A stretch of DNA of 64,000 nt from Deltaproteobacteria bacterium TL4 (GCA_051382335.1 JBBCAX010000033.1:32001-96000), one strand, 5' to 3'. Counted from the first letter of the stretch, positions 31,701 through 41,304 are shown. Numbers and translations are program-made. Notes: generated by a model not told the origin, from the sequence alone.

Positions 31701-31833
31701 TACAACGCCCGCACGGTTTCATACACCAGCGGGGATTCTCTTTGGTGATCTTTTCGGAACAGATAAAGAAGAAATTTTTCTGGTTGATGCCGTTGCGGGA
31801 ACACTTCGGAAAATGGCTCAGCAAAACAACTAA
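28738..31833 (+). CDS. Lipoprotein with Cys-staple/short collagen repeats and NHL beta-propeller repeats
   Basis: Lipobox VSSC; two C..GG/HG...G.D....G.L...EV...CN units; many ARF..P.G...D...LYVAD..NH.IR repeats. Confidence 0.85.
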   Translation: MKIKAYTILQFLFLLFLSALFVSSCGEDKKERPNDGAVDSRITFELRWPDTSSSSATASQYRIFPIPSNVDTVRMVVLNAAGEIARSGAGDLLEKDFDSNTGVGFVEGVPAGEGYTVRFVAFDSQSFPRYRAAREEVTVVANTTTKLGTIDMDVAHVNSSAVVTKTVQPGEQCPFGGVQIEMGIDRDGSGTLDEKEVTKFEVVCNGIRGPVGASGAIGVSTLLNIEEILTDDTECGILHGKKIEYGKDDNNNGILEPVEVDTTSYICNATAPGLSINRRSLFTNELGASDGFTLRLNSKPTNDVIVKIENSNSSEVKVFPDQVVVTPDNWQDSQPVTVTGVRNTTTTQDQIVQLTLSFESEDVVYKKLDPLNVSVTNVHIEPPAKEFSSHNELVSTLAGSFTEDDIKLFDGIVRGVNNGYYDNTLYLFATDSNNHIVYRININTHVIEVYVGKKGFSGNGVGSATNSRFKNPRGITIDSSTGFLYVVDSGNGRIIRIDTDTPTAGTTALVNMSGSLNEPWGITLRQGTLNITEIGAHRVRTLSTAGGSLGVLAGDAVGYADGSGGSARFNKPKGIHFDGTNFFVADSGNHAIRQITLAGVVTTVAGIGTTAGAKDGDRATALFDTPVGITGDSTYLYVSAQGQYPLRKIEKGKGATSTLVQFQGSLDGGSSIARFNDPSAILCDDNTLYISTSNRFRKLDLIQGTIITMIGRSSTNGSGTSARFDRPVNLVAGPNGKIIYITDYYNHTIRTMNLTSNAVGTLAGVAGKASTTEAAVAPGNLFFPWGLTSDGTYLYVTEPKSHTIRRVSIDTGVTKTIGGTAFTHGSSEGIGTTALFNTPYGIATDLKNLYVADSENHVIRKMDLQTFRVSIFAGDLGTPGSSGGVSSAQFNQPKALTSDGVNLYVIDQNGIRIVEMSSGKVSTISGTSGLKNSLGLSSDGINLYVSDTDHHQVQKVVIKTGAIAILAGNNSEALNTDTVWDLTYTPMITTPARFHTPAGILFGDLFGTDKEEIFLVDAVAGTLRKMAQQNN

Positions 31834-31834
31834 G

Positions 31835-31852
31835 AGACGTTTTAAAACGTCT
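31835..31852. terminator. Perfect 18-bp palindrome right after the NHL gene stop (possible terminator or operator)
   Basis: AGACGTTTTAAAACGTCT. Confidence 0.35.
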
Positions 31853-31980
31853 AGGCCAAAACGTTTAGCTTTTGTTTTTTATTCCAATTGAGTATTCCTC
31901 TCCATTCACTTCTCGAAAGTGTGAAAAATAGGGCATGCTGATAGGCTTTAGGCGATGATCGGCATGTCTGGCTTTTAGTC

Positions 31981-34461
31981 TTGATACATCCTTCTTTCTT
32001 TCCCTTATCTATGAACATGACTCCTCTTGATTCGTTTTCATTTCGTAATATTCGTCGCTCTCCCTTATTAATTCCCGGTCTGCTCTTTATTACGGTGAAT
32101 TTATGGTATGATTACACATTTTATCATGTGAATACCTCCAAGCTATTGTTTGTTTGTGGTGGTGTCACTTTATTATTTCTGCTGAGCGATATCCTTGCCT
32201 TTAGAAAATATAATAAAGGCGCAAAGGACAAAAAACACTGGTTGGTGATGGGAATCGTCGCTTTCCCTCTTTTGGGGATGCTGCCCGGATTCATGTTGCA
32301 TGGAGGAAAGTTCAACTATTATTTGCCGATTGAGGTTTCCAGCACACTTATCTTAATTTTGTGGGTTGGCTATTTATTCAAACGAACTCAATCAAGTTTG
32401 GATCTCGAAGTTTTTGTGTTTGCACTCAGCCTCACTTCGATTTATTGTTCCCTCTGGGCTTTCTTGGAAAAAACGGGATATCATCCAAAATATACTCAAG
32501 CCATTGATCGTGTTGCCGCAACTCATGGGAATACTAATTATTTTTCTGGATTTTTAATCCTCTTACTTCCTTTGTTTTTGGCACGGGGCCTTCCCCTTTA
32601 TGAACCATCGAAAGGCAACTGTTTTAGGCAGCGCTTGGTTTATAGCAAATTCCAGGGGTACTATTTGTTGACTTTTTGCTTAGGAGTCCTGTCGTTGTAT
32701 TGGGCTTCAAGCCGAGCAGCGATTGCTGGTTTTGGAATGAGTCTCCTGGTCTTTATTTTTCTGTACTTGCATTTTTTCTTCGCTTCAGGTGTTAAAAAAA
32801 CCTTAGTCCTGACAGGAATTATTATTTTGATCATCGGAGCCGGTTTTATTGGAGTGGTTTTCCTTGAAAAAGGGCTACTTTTCTCAAAAATTAATGAACT
32901 GACGATGACTTCGGAGTGGGAAGAACGCTTTGTTTCCTGGAGACCGGCTATTGCCTCCATTCGGGAAGCTCCGTGGTTTGGGTATGGTCCCGGAAGTTCC
33001 TACAATTTATTTTTCCAATTTGTAGAACCGATGACGCGAATACGGCTGGACTTCAGGCGGTTTAATCATGTCCATCTGGAACTGCTTGAAATCATGCAGG
33101 AAGGTGGCGTTTTAAGTTTAGCGGGATTTCTGTTTTTATGGGGAATTGTTTACTGGAAGTTACTAAAAATCATCTTTAATTCCCAGGGGCATCGTTTTTT
33201 TAAATTGATGGCCATTGGCGTCTTTTGTGGGACACTGGCTCATCATGGTCAAAGTTTTTTTTCAGTGGCTTCCCGGATGATGGTCGTCAAATTGCCCTTA
33301 TATAGCATGATCGGTTTAAGTTTTATCCTGGATTATTTGCAAAAATCTCAGGACATTGCTGAAAAAAAAGACGATCTCTCCCAAGCCATTACTTGGAAAA
33401 AGCATGTATTCGCTAACCTTGTTCCTACGCTTTGTCTCCTTACAATTTGTTGGGGACTTTTAATCCCTTGGGCTCAAGCCATGTATCATTACACTGAAGT
33501 TCATGCGCAAGCGCGGAATTTGCGGGATCTAACGTTTAAGCTGGAAAAGCTGATGAAAACGCAACCTAATATTTACGGATTGCAAAAATTGGCCAAATTG
33601 CAGTTTCAAACAAAACGTCCTGATCTGGATAAAATCTGGGTTATGGCGGATGCGTTGATTCCTCATTATGATATGATGGATTATTTCAGGGCGCTGTATT
33701 TTTATGAACAAGGGGCCCTGGAGACCGCTTATCGCTTAGCAAAAGAAGCACAGGCTCGCGATATTTATAATGACGATATTATCGAAATGGTCGCGCATTT
33801 TGCTGCCATAAAAAAAGATGGACCTGAATTTTCGCGGCAGTTGGAATTGATGATCGAGAAAATACTCCTTTATGAGGATATTCTCAGGGATCATGATCCA
33901 GCTAAGGTGACCTCCACTCTGGTTGAGATGGCTCCTGACTCCTTTGAAATGATCCAAAAAGGCGATTCAGTCCAAATGACGTGGAGGCAGGATTTGATTG
34001 AGAGTCTCATGCTTGGGGTGGGAAGTCGCGAACCCCAATCCATTGCTGGTTATGAAGAAAGAAAACGGTTTCGACAATTATTAAAACAACAACTGGGAAG
34101 ATCCCATTTTTTTCAGCTGACTTATCGTCAAGAGTTCAGTCCCGCAGAAAAGGCGGGTTATCAAAATAATTGGATTAAACTCAATGAATTGGATGAGGAT
34201 TATGCTTCAAAGTCAAAGCAGAATGAGCTCAGGCATCGTTACGAAATAGCGCAAGTCCCTTCAGAAAATATAAAACAGCTCAAGGAACAATACCTCAAAC
34301 AAACGAAAATTTTTGAAGAACAGTATCAAGAAAAGCGAAAATCCTATAGGGAGCTCCTCATGAAAAACACGTATTGGGAAGAATTTCAAACACATATAAG
34401 TATTCTGAAAAAAATTCTGCTGACGATTGATGGCTGGGTTAAGATTGACCCTCGGGAATAA
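31981..34461 (+). CDS. O-antigen ligase/O-oligosaccharyltransferase-like membrane protein (Wzy_C) with a long soluble C-terminus
   Basis: About 12 TM segments; [22 protein letters not shown]...[18 protein letters not shown]. Confidence 0.8.
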   Translation: MIHPSFFPLSMNMTPLDSFSFRNIRRSPLLIPGLLFITVNLWYDYTFYHVNTSKLLFVCGGVTLLFLLSDILAFRKYNKGAKDKKHWLVMGIVAFPLLGMLPGFMLHGGKFNYYLPIEVSSTLILILWVGYLFKRTQSSLDLEVFVFALSLTSIYCSLWAFLEKTGYHPKYTQAIDRVAATHGNTNYFSGFLILLLPLFLARGLPLYEPSKGNCFRQRLVYSKFQGYYLLTFCLGVLSLYWASSRAAIAGFGMSLLVFIFLYLHFFFASGVKKTLVLTGIIILIIGAGFIGVVFLEKGLLFSKINELTMTSEWEERFVSWRPAIASIREAPWFGYGPGSSYNLFFQFVEPMTRIRLDFRRFNHVHLELLEIMQEGGVLSLAGFLFLWGIVYWKLLKIIFNSQGHRFFKLMAIGVFCGTLAHHGQSFFSVASRMMVVKLPLYSMIGLSFILDYLQKSQDIAEKKDDLSQAITWKKHVFANLVPTLCLLTICWGLLIPWAQAMYHYTEVHAQARNLRDLTFKLEKLMKTQPNIYGLQKLAKLQFQTKRPDLDKIWVMADALIPHYDMMDYFRALYFYEQGALETAYRLAKEAQARDIYNDDIIEMVAHFAAIKKDGPEFSRQLELMIEKILLYEDILRDHDPAKVTSTLVEMAPDSFEMIQKGDSVQMTWRQDLIESLMLGVGSREPQSIAGYEERKRFRQLLKQQLGRSHFFQLTYRQEFSPAEKAGYQNNWIKLNELDEDYASKSKQNELRHRYEIAQVPSENIKQLKEQYLKQTKIFEEQYQEKRKSYRELLMKNTYWEEFQTHISILKKILLTIDGWVKIDPRE

Positions 34462-34489
34462 TTTTTTAATGGTGTTTTCAGAGCATTGT

Positions 34490-36325
34490 ATGATGACAGA
34501 AATAAAAAACCCGGTATCTCCCAAAACCATATTGAGGAACGTGTTTGGTTATTCGGAGTTCCGGGGAAAGCAGGAAGAGATCATTCATCATCTCCTTTGC
34601 GGAAAAGACGCTTTGGTCCTCATGCCGACAGGAGGAGGAAAGTCCCTATGTTATCAGATTCCTTCAATGATTCGACCTGGAACAGGAATCGTTGTTTCGC
34701 CTTTAATTGCTTTGATGCAAGACCAAGTGAGTGCAATGTATCAACTTGGAGTCAGAGCCGCGTATATCAATTCCTCACTTTCTTATGCTCAGGTTTGCGC
34801 GGTTGAAAACCGGATGCGTGCCGGAGAACTCGACCTCTTATATGTGGCGCCTGAACGTTTGTTAACATCAAGGTTCATCCGCTTATTGGAATCTAACCCT
34901 ATTGCCTTATTTGCCATTGACGAAGCTCATTGTGTCTCGCAATGGGGACATGATTTTCGTCCTGAGTACATTCAGCTTACCCTGTTAAAAGAACGTTTTC
35001 CCCATGTTCCCCGCATCGCCTTAACCGCTACAGCGGATGAAATAACCCGGAAGGAAATTGTGGAAAAATTGGGGCTGGAACAAGCAGTCCCCTTTATTTC
35101 AAGTTTTGATCGGCCCAACATTTTTTATCGGGTGGTTCTTAAAGACAGCGCCAAACTGCAACTTTTGAATTTTATAAAAGGAGAACATGAGGGCGATGCG
35201 GGAATTGTTTATTGTTTGAGTCGGAATAAGGTGGAAGCGACAGCGGAGTGGCTTGCGGGAAAAGGCTACAAAGCCTACCCGTATCATGCGGGCTTAAGCG
35301 CTCAAGTTCGTTATGAAAATCAACAACGTTTTTTACAGGAAGACGGGATTATCATTGTGGCGACGATTGCTTTTGGAATGGGGATTGATAAACCCGATGT
35401 GAGATTTGTCGCTCACTTGGATATTCCCAAAAGCATTGAAGGATACTATCAAGAAACCGGAAGAGCTGGTCGAGATGGCGAAAAAGCCGATGCTTGGATG
35501 GCTTATAGCTTAAATGATGTGCTCATGCTCAAAAGAATGCTGGCGGAATCTGAGGCCGAAGAAAAATATAAACAAATCGAACAAGGTAAATTAGAGGCCA
35601 TGCTAGGTTTTTGTGAAACGATCTTATGTCGGAGACAAGTATTACTCAAATATTTTGGCGAAAATCTTGCGAAACCTTGCGGCCATTGTGACACCTGTTT
35701 GGATTTGCCAGAGACTTGGGAGGGCACTCTTGCTGCCCAAAAAGCAATGTCCTGCGTGTTTCACACCCAACAGCGTTTTGGCGCGAATCATTTGATTGAT
35801 GTCTTGATAGGAAAAGAGGATGAGCGCATTCGAAAATGGGGACATCATCAAACCTCAACCTATGGGATAGGAAAAGAGCTTTCTTTCGGAGAATGGAAGT
35901 CTGTTTATCGGCAATTGGTTGCCGCGGATCTTCTGAGTTTGGATCTGGAAGGGCATGGAGGCTTAAGGTTAACCTCAAAATCCCGACCTGTGCTAAAAGG
36001 AGAGCAGAAAATTTTCTTTCGTAAAGATCCTAATCCTTCTAAAAAAGAAAGCAAACCTTTGAAGCAAAGCACCAAAGCCTTGCTGTTAGGACCTCCTGAA
36101 TTGAATGAGCTTTGGACTGTGTTGAGGGAATTACGTAACGAAATTGCAAAAGACCAGGGTGTTCCCGCGTATGTGATTTTTCACAACTCAACGTTACAGG
36201 AGATGGCGGAGATCCACCCACAAACTCTAGCGCAGTTAGGACGTATTTCAGGGGTTGGAGTGACCAAACTGAAACGCTATGGTGAGCGATTTTTAGAAGT
36301 GTTGAAGAATCATCCAAAAGCTTGA
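34490..36325 (+). CDS. recQ: ATP-dependent DNA helicase RecQ
   Basis: [38 protein letters not shown], Zn-binding Cys cluster, RQC and HRDC domains. Confidence 0.96.
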   Translation: MMTEIKNPVSPKTILRNVFGYSEFRGKQEEIIHHLLCGKDALVLMPTGGGKSLCYQIPSMIRPGTGIVVSPLIALMQDQVSAMYQLGVRAAYINSSLSYAQVCAVENRMRAGELDLLYVAPERLLTSRFIRLLESNPIALFAIDEAHCVSQWGHDFRPEYIQLTLLKERFPHVPRIALTATADEITRKEIVEKLGLEQAVPFISSFDRPNIFYRVVLKDSAKLQLLNFIKGEHEGDAGIVYCLSRNKVEATAEWLAGKGYKAYPYHAGLSAQVRYENQQRFLQEDGIIIVATIAFGMGIDKPDVRFVAHLDIPKSIEGYYQETGRAGRDGEKADAWMAYSLNDVLMLKRMLAESEAEEKYKQIEQGKLEAMLGFCETILCRRQVLLKYFGENLAKPCGHCDTCLDLPETWEGTLAAQKAMSCVFHTQQRFGANHLIDVLIGKEDERIRKWGHHQTSTYGIGKELSFGEWKSVYRQLVAADLLSLDLEGHGGLRLTSKSRPVLKGEQKIFFRKDPNPSKKESKPLKQSTKALLLGPPELNELWTVLRELRNEIAKDQGVPAYVIFHNSTLQEMAEIHPQTLAQLGRISGVGVTKLKRYGERFLEVLKNHPKA

Positions 36326-36349
36326 GATGGGCGTTTGTTGTTTTAAGAC

Positions 36350-37051
36350 TTAAACTTTCTTGGTACGTTCTCTCAGGATTCCCTTTAAAGCTTCCCGTTG
36401 ACTGAGTCCTGAAAGAGGGTCGTGATACGATTCAACAAATTGCTCCACCCATGTTGGATTGGTATAAGCGTAATCCCGCAAAACCCAACCGATCGCTTTA
36501 CGAATAAAAAATTCTTTTTCATGCATTAACATCAGAATCGTTTCTTCCAATAATTCAAGATGGGTTCGCTCTTTATGACGAAGATGAGCCAGAAGCGAGG
36601 TGCGGCGCATCCAAAAATTATTCGATGTTCGCCATTCAAGCAGTTTCTTTTCATGGTTCCTGTTATTTAAAACAAGCTGACTGACCAGGTTGCCTGCCAA
36701 CAAATCAACAGTGTCCCAATTCGTCGCGCTTTTTAATAAGTCTTCATACAGCTTTATGGCCTCATCGGTTCGAAAACATTTGTAATGTTGAGCGATCATT
36801 AAAGCAAAATACATTTCTTCACGACTTTCCCCCTCCCAGAGTTCATGAATGATCTCCTCATATTCCTCATAGGATTGAATGTTGAACAAGACTTTGGCCT
36901 TTTTAAAGATTTCTTTCCTGGTTGGCGTTTGTACTCCATAAAACTTTTGATCTGTTTTCATATAAGCCTGCATTCCTGTGGCTTTTTCCGGATCAGCGGC
37001 TCGTTTTAAAGCCTCTTGAAGATAAACAACAATCGGGTATGGCTCTGTCAT
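36350..37051 (-). CDS. DNA alkylation repair protein (AlkD-like HEAT-repeat glycosylase)
   Basis: MQAYMK...FYGV, NWDTVD, W.RR, EFFIRKAIGWVLRDY. Confidence 0.88.
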   Translation of the reverse strand: MTEPYPIVVYLQEALKRAADPEKATGMQAYMKTDQKFYGVQTPTRKEIFKKAKVLFNIQSYEEYEEIIHELWEGESREEMYFALMIAQHYKCFRTDEAIKLYEDLLKSATNWDTVDLLAGNLVSQLVLNNRNHEKKLLEWRTSNNFWMRRTSLLAHLRHKERTHLELLEETILMLMHEKEFFIRKAIGWVLRDYAYTNPTWVEQFVESYHDPLSGLSQREALKGILRERTKKV

Positions 37052-37420
37052 CGTATTCCTTTGTTTCTAAGATCTTACTCACAAGATGGTTCTCAGCAGT
37101 TTGATTGATTTTTTAACGGTTGCGATTGATTCTTTAATGATGTTTTCTTCAAATTTCAACTTGCTGTAAATTTTCCTGTGATAGTAGAGTTTATGCGGCA
37201 ATACTTTCAGGAAACCAGAGTTGCTGCCATTGATGGTTCAGTTCAACGGTTTTGAGAATAGCTAAGGCTTTGCTACCCTTTGGAATCCAACTATTATCAT
37301 CGGGAAACTTCACTGATGCGCGTAAATAGAAAACTCACTGGAGGAACATAAATCCCGAACACCTATGTACCGGTATATTTATTTCGTATTTGTATCGTTT
37401 TTACAAACCAAATATACCGG

Positions 37421-37523
37421 TATAGTGCTCAAGATAAGTTTTGTCCTGGGAACGCGGGCGTCCCGCCCACTTTTGCGGGCAAGATGCCGCGCTCCCGGGG
37501 AAAAACTTTCCTGGACAGCTATA
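37421..37523. repeat. Third copy of the REPIN/MITE-like element
   Basis: TATAG...CTGGGAACGCGGGCGTCCCGCCCACTTTTGCGGGCAAGATGCC...CAGCTATA. Confidence 0.8.
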
Positions 37524-37551
37524 TATAATAAGGTTAGGAGGAAAAAGGTCC

Positions 37552-37872
37552 ATGGATCATTCTAAGAGTGCAGATCAGATTAAACGCAACAAAACTCAGA
37601 CTGAAATTAGAAAAGCTCATCATCAAACCATGCAACGCTATCGCTCCAAACAACTCATTCAAAAAAAGAGGATTGAGGCATGGATTGAACAACCCCAGTG
37701 TTTGGAAATTCTCAAAACACAAGCAGGACTCAATCAAATTCAAGTGATTAATCAGATCCTGCTCCTTGTTTCTGATGGCGTGAGTCGAGAATTCTTTAAA
37801 ACGCCACAACAAGCAAAGACAAATGCTGAGTGTATGATGAACCAATTAGTCGAAGTTTTTCAAAAATTATAA
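37552..37872 (+). CDS. Hypothetical protein
   Basis: AGGAGG upstream of MDHSKS; 106 aa. Confidence 0.5.
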   Translation: MDHSKSADQIKRNKTQTEIRKAHHQTMQRYRSKQLIQKKRIEAWIEQPQCLEILKTQAGLNQIQVINQILLLVSDGVSREFFKTPQQAKTNAECMMNQLVEVFQKL

Positions 37873-37995
37873 TTTTTTCTCAATATGAAACTCTTGAGTT
37901 CGGAAAAACATAAACAATTTTTGAGAAATCAGACTCTGTGGGGAGATGTCCCAATATCTTGAATTCGTTCCAATGAATCAAGAATTTTTTCTAAC

Positions 37996-38051
37996 GGAGG
38001 GGGTGCGTTTTTCGGCTGCCACAGGGGTGCACTTTTCCCTTGCCATAATCA
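37996..38051 (-). mobile_element. Orphan IS21-like terminal repeat remnant
   Basis: Minus strand reads TGATTATGGCAAGGGAAAAGTGCACCCC-TGTGGCAGCCGAAAAACGCACCCC: a TG end followed by two tandem boxes. Confidence 0.55.
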
Positions 38052-38155
38052 TTCGGTTAGAGCATAACAAAATTGAAAAATGAGGAAGACCTCTTTCAAA
38101 ATATTTTTTGTGCAACAACGCCACCCTGATCTGAAAGTATCCTTAAGAGGCTAGT

Positions 38156-38434
38156 ATAGTTAATGGCTTTAAAATCATAGTTTTATTTTTGATTATGGCA
38201 GGTTGCAGTGCTAGTGGTTATCACTACGATAGCAATGCTTTAAATAGTGGAACTGGTATGCATTTACCTTTTCCTAATTTTACTGGGTCTGGTGAATTTT
38301 ACATGTGTAGGTGGCGATCACCAGATGGATACGAGAGAGCGGATGAGTTTGGTTCTGTTGAGGAGTGCAACCAGCGCCTTTTTGATAAGTACAAGAAGGA
38401 AATAAACTGTAACTGTCGACTCGAAAAACGGTGA
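38156..38434 (+). CDS. Small Cys-containing lipoprotein (start uncertain)
   Basis: Frame is open upstream of the TTG: (ATA)VNGFKIIVLFLIMAGC lipoprotein-type signal. Confidence 0.45.
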   Translation: MVNGFKIIVLFLIMAGCSASGYHYDSNALNSGTGMHLPFPNFTGSGEFYMCRWRSPDGYERADEFGSVEECNQRLFDKYKKEINCNCRLEKR

Positions 38435-38699
38435 ATCGCTTTTTGTGTAATGAGACCCATCTATGGGGTTTTTAGAACTCTGCTGGGATGATGAAACTGA
38501 ATATCATCCGGTGTCCCGTAATTGATCCGTATTTACTGCCTTATAATTAAGGCTGTCTCTCTTGATCTCAAAGCAATTTTTTACTTTTAAAAAGAAGCTG
38601 TAAACTTTACCGATTTTTTGTGTTTTTATCTTTGAAGTATTCGGTTGTAGAATTGAAATGACTTGTTTTTGTGGAGTAAGAATCGTTTCTTGTTTTGAG

Positions 38700-38969
38700 G
38701 GAGAGGGCGATTGTTCAGAGATTTCGCGAGGCTTTCGATACTGATCAGCCAACATTTTTCTTTTCGCATGTGCGGATTTTCCCAAGTTTTTCTGCCGCTA
38801 ATCACTAGGATCTGTCGCTTTGGTGTGAAGCATGGCCTGGTAAATCACCGAGGGGGTGGTGGGTGCTGCTATTGCGGCAGCGACCAAAATAAAGGTGGTA
38901 AATCCGCTTTTATTATGAAGGCCTTGCCTGGCCTTTAATTTGCCAAAGGTGGATTCAAGGCTTTCGAGC
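38700..38969 (-). pseudogene. Degraded C-terminal fragment of a putative transposase
   Basis: LESTFGKLKARQGLHNKSGFTTFILVAAA...D*RQKNLGKSAHAKRK with an internal TAG at 38798-38800; resembles ESxFGKxK-type IS protein tails from memory. Confidence 0.4.
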
Positions 38970-39120
38970 TGTGCAGGTGGTTTGAAAATTAACCACGAAA
39001 AACACGAAAAACACGAAATAAATGATTTTTTAATAAATGAATTCCTCCGTGAAACCCTATTTTGCAGGTTTTATTTCGTGTTTTTAGTGTTTTTCGTGGT
39101 TAAAAAAAGGTACCTGCACA
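38970..39120. repeat. MITE-like long inverted repeat with CACGAAAAA 9-mer arms
   Basis: Terminal TGTGCAGGT...ACCTGCACA; inner AACCACGAAAAACACGAAAAACACGAAATAAA versus TTTATTTCGTGTTTTTAGTGTTTTTCGTGGTT. Confidence 0.75.
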
Positions 39121-39143
39121 GGTGGCAATTATTTACTTAAATG

Positions 39144-39180
39144 TGGTTGGGGTAAGGAGACTCGAACTCCTGACCTCTTC
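39144..39180 (-). other. tRNA 3'-end fragment (candidate att site)
   Basis: GAAGAGGTC-AGGAG-TTCGAGT-CTCCT-TACCCCA-A-CCA: intact T-arm and CCA end, with no D-arm or 5' acceptor strand. Confidence 0.75.
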
Positions 39181-39196
39181 TTACCGAAAGTCGTTG

Positions 39197-40972
39197 ATGA
39201 TGAACATACTGAACAATATAAGGGTAAAGACGTATCCATTGATTGGAGTGCTGTTACTTCTCCTCCACAGTTCCCTCCTATTTGCTCAAGGCGCCAATGA
39301 TTGGGTAACGGTCAAGGATCATGTGGTAGAAGTGGATACTCAAGGATGGATGTTTCCTGTCGAAATTGCTTTTGTCCCTAATCCTGGATCTCACCCTAAG
39401 GATCCCTTGTACTACGTGACTGAACTCAGAGGAACCATCAAAGTGGTGACCAACGATCGTACGATTCATACCTATGCCGAACATGTCAACGCTTACCGTC
39501 CTCCTTCAGAACTTCCCAATACCAACGCTGAAATGGGGTTAACCGGCTTATGCCTGGATCCTGTTCATGGTTATCTTTTTGCCACCACGATCTATCCGAA
39601 CAAGGGGTTGGTTTATAACAAGATTGTTCGTTTTGAGCATGAAACGAATGAGTTTGCGCTCACACCTAAAACGTTTATTGAGTTCACTCGGATCTTTGAA
39701 CAGGACGAATCGGGGCCTTCTCACCAAATTGGAACTTGCGCGATTAACAGTCAAGGTCAGTTGTTTGTCGGTGTTGGCGACGGTCATACCGCATATAAAT
39801 CTCAAGGCTTAGACAATCCCAATGGCAAACTCTTAAGAATGAATCTCGATTTTTCCGCGCCTAAAGATAATCCTTTTTATAATTCGCTCAATCCCGATTC
39901 GGTGACCAACTATATTTACGCTTATGGTTTACGTAACCCTTATGGCGTCACTCTGGGTGAAAGGGATACCGTTTATGTTACCGATAATGGTCCGGATTGG
40001 GATCGGATGATTGAAGTGACGCCTGGGAAAAATTATTTATGGGATGGAGATAATCGAAGTATGATCAGTGACGGTTTCTGGGATTGGCACGGTTCTGTTG
40101 GACCTGCGGGGTTAAGCTACATTGGAAAATCAGCCAGGTTTCCTTATTGGGAAGATCGCTTGCTGGTGGCTCAAGGCGGAACCATTGGAGAGCTGGGACC
40201 CAGCAAAAATGGTAAAATCACGATTAATAGTTTCAAGGTCAAACCCGGAATGGGCTTACAGCAACGTCCCGAAACCTTAGTTTGGTTCCGAGGCAATTAT
40301 CAGCAACTCTTGGTTCCCGTTGTGCTTGGACCGGATGGCATTTATTTTTCCGGATTCTTTCCGAACGCTCAGGGCGAGACCTATATTTTGAAGATCATTC
40401 GTCGGGAAGGTGCCATTTCAGAGGAAAGGACACTTTCTGGCGCGCAAATTTATGAACAAAAAGGCTGTGCTGGCTGTCATAAAATCAATGCTATTGGTGG
40501 AAGCATGGGGCCTGCGTTGGACGGGTTAGTGGAACGTTTGAAGCAAAAACTCTTTTCAAAAGAATACGAAGCTCAATTGGTTGAAGTCGATAAAGTTACA
40601 ACCAAACCCCATGTTGATTACCAAAAACAACGACAAACGCTACGAGGCTTGAAAGGCGATGAAAAAATCAAGGTTTGGCTTCATTATCACTTAACGGAAC
40701 CTCGGTTTGATGTCTTGCTCTCCCAAATGCCAAATCTCCCCTTGAGTGATTACGAACGAGCTCAGATGGTACAATATCTAATGACCTTGAAAAACGCCCA
40801 ACGCTCAAGATTAACACCGATGCAAGAATGGCATCGGCAGTTTAAAGCCTGGTGGGATACTGATTATAACGCCCGTCCTACCGTTGGTTTCGTTGTAGGA
40901 TGCCTTTTTGTTTTGTGTGTTCAGCTTTTCGTCCGTAAAATTCGAAAACGCTTCCGATTTTCGCGGAACTAA
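39197..40972 (+). CDS. PQQ-dependent sugar dehydrogenase-like (GSDH) beta-propeller fused to cytochrome c and a C-terminal TM helix
   Basis: Signal peptide, SHQIG, VGDG, GKLLR, YAYGLRNPY, TDNG; CAGCH, GPALDG, MP. Confidence 0.85.
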   Translation: MMNILNNIRVKTYPLIGVLLLLLHSSLLFAQGANDWVTVKDHVVEVDTQGWMFPVEIAFVPNPGSHPKDPLYYVTELRGTIKVVTNDRTIHTYAEHVNAYRPPSELPNTNAEMGLTGLCLDPVHGYLFATTIYPNKGLVYNKIVRFEHETNEFALTPKTFIEFTRIFEQDESGPSHQIGTCAINSQGQLFVGVGDGHTAYKSQGLDNPNGKLLRMNLDFSAPKDNPFYNSLNPDSVTNYIYAYGLRNPYGVTLGERDTVYVTDNGPDWDRMIEVTPGKNYLWDGDNRSMISDGFWDWHGSVGPAGLSYIGKSARFPYWEDRLLVAQGGTIGELGPSKNGKITINSFKVKPGMGLQQRPETLVWFRGNYQQLLVPVVLGPDGIYFSGFFPNAQGETYILKIIRREGAISEERTLSGAQIYEQKGCAGCHKINAIGGSMGPALDGLVERLKQKLFSKEYEAQLVEVDKVTTKPHVDYQKQRQTLRGLKGDEKIKVWLHYHLTEPRFDVLLSQMPNLPLSDYERAQMVQYLMTLKNAQRSRLTPMQEWHRQFKAWWDTDYNARPTVGFVVGCLFVLCVQLFVRKIRKRFRFSRN

Positions 40973-41091
40973 CGGTTTTACGGGTTTGAAAGCTTCTTTG
41001 AATCGACATTGAAAACAGTGGTCTCCTAATCGAGTAACGTTTGAAATTAAGTAATAGACGTGTTATCCCTGATAAGCGTAAGGAGGTGGAT

Positions 41092-41304
41092 ATGTTGGCG
41101 ATACGATTACCGGATGAAATTGATCAGCGTTTAAGTACTTTAGCAAATAAAACAGGTCGTACAAAAACGTATTGTGCTAAAGAAGCAATTTTGAAATATT
41201 TGGAAGAAATGGAAGAGACTTATATCGCCATTGAAAGATTGGAAACACCAGAAAAGCGATGGACACTCGGAGAATTGGAGCAAGAACGTGATTTGGAGTG
41301 TTGA
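41092..41304 (+). CDS. Type II antitoxin, RHH (RelB-like)
   Basis: AGGAGG RBS; MLAIRLPDEIDQRL..LA..TGRTKT. Confidence 0.85.
   Translation: MLAIRLPDEIDQRLSTLANKTGRTKTYCAKEAILKYLEEMEETYIAIERLETPEKRWTLGELEQERDLEC

Noticed and set aside
37064..37350. Minus-strand reading with several stops upstream of the AlkD-like gene
   Set aside because: No recognisable family; cannot support a pseudogene call
38940..39196. ORF 38940-39140 and the N-terminal extension of the GSDH ORF from 39122
   Set aside because: They read through the MITE and tRNA fragment; the real start is more likely 39197 or 39200
39144..39220. Complete tRNA gene
   Set aside because: Sequence beyond 39180 gives no anticodon stem, D-arm or 5' acceptor strand; the isotype cannot be assigned
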